From the NCBI GenBank assembly GCA_002269645.1, contig NIVC01003989.1:1-64000 (forward strand): 64,000 nt of DNA, given 5' to 3'. This document shows positions 63,261 to 64,000 of this stretch, in pieces. The translations under genes and the position numbers were made by a program. The stretch is from Macrostomum lignano (lineage: Eukaryota). The notes under the pieces are model-generated. The model worked only from the letters and a program-made list of their open reading frames with translations. It was not told the origin of the DNA and searched no databases. Within the stretch, counting starts at the first letter, position 1; every line of letters begins with the position of its first letter.

Positions 63261-64000
63261 ATCCTTCTCACGCTGACTTAATCTACCTACTCGAAACTTA
63301 ATTGCCCCACTAACTGACTTTAATTACTTACCTGACCTACAGTGAGTCTATACCTAGCCTACTCTAAATAAACATTGCTCCCCATCTGTCTACTAAACTT
63401 AATTACAATACACACCCCACTATTGCATCATCGAAACCAATTAAAATTTTCCCCAAATCTGACTTTCACAAAGTGTGAACAAACACACGAAATCAGACCT
63501 AAAGGTGCTAATTTCCTACGGTCCCAGACTTCCATTGTTCCCAGAAAATCTTAAACAGCGGGACAGGACCTCCTGTGGAGCAGACCCATAGAAATTTTAC
63601 TAGTTTCCAAGTTAATATTTACTGTTAGGGAATTAACGCATACCGTACGGGCCTAATTTTCGAGCTAAAATCTTAGATATTTAAACAACACCAACGAGCA
63701 CGAGGTCACAACATAAATTCGAGTAATAGAGGGCATACGTAAATACGCGAAAAGCGGTCTCCAACGGGGCAACACGAGCAAAATTTCGACACGCGAATCG
63801 GGGGGGGGAATTAAGCAATCACTGGCTAGCTACCGATCTGTTACTCAGCGGGGGTCGAATGGGAGACTCACACCTAGCAAGTAAACATTTTCTGTTCGAT
63901 AGTCTATGATAGCATGCGCACTGGCTAGAAAAGCACTACCCAGGAGGGAAACTGCTGCTGAATTGCCAACGACCAGAAAGAGGATTCTCACCTCTTCTAG

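Noticed and set aside
63570-63610. GAGCAGACCCATAGAAATTTTA resembling mitochondrial 16S rRNA (NUMT)
   Set aside because: The similarity is limited to about 20 nt and the flanks do not resemble rRNA.

Overview
Eukaryotic (animal-like) repeat-rich DNA with short spliceosomal introns and TTAGGG-like tracts; I found no ordinary host gene. About 55 kb is a nest of rolling-circle transposons (Helitrons). On the minus strand, elements are joined exactly head to tail (hairpin-CTAG|TC) at 234/235, 14600/14601, 22253/22254 and 39120/39121, with further junctions on the plus strand at 50529/50530 and 54266/54267. Two large, divergent elements (H1 235-14600, decayed; H2 22254-39120, intact except one 1-nt frameshift) encode a 9-exon polyprotein: 23-aa STPR-like repeats, OTU protease, Zn finger, HUH Rep, Pif1 helicase. 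Each also carries a head-to-head cassette of a two-OB-fold RPA70-like gene and a small spliced polyQ + CCHC zinc-knuckle gene that the ORF track misses. A third RPA-like gene and a third polyQ/zinc-knuckle pseudogene lie at 41-46 kb; the CAG tract of the latter was hit at the same site by two related RT-RNase H LINEs. Non-autonomous Helitrons carry expanded satellites and a tRNA-like cassette about 0.5 kb inside the 5' end. The last 9 kb holds LTR-like promoter modules, an orphan ORF, a stand-alone Gypsy-type integrase flanked by hairpins, and a degenerate membrane-protein-like exon. All calls were made by eye, with no database searches.
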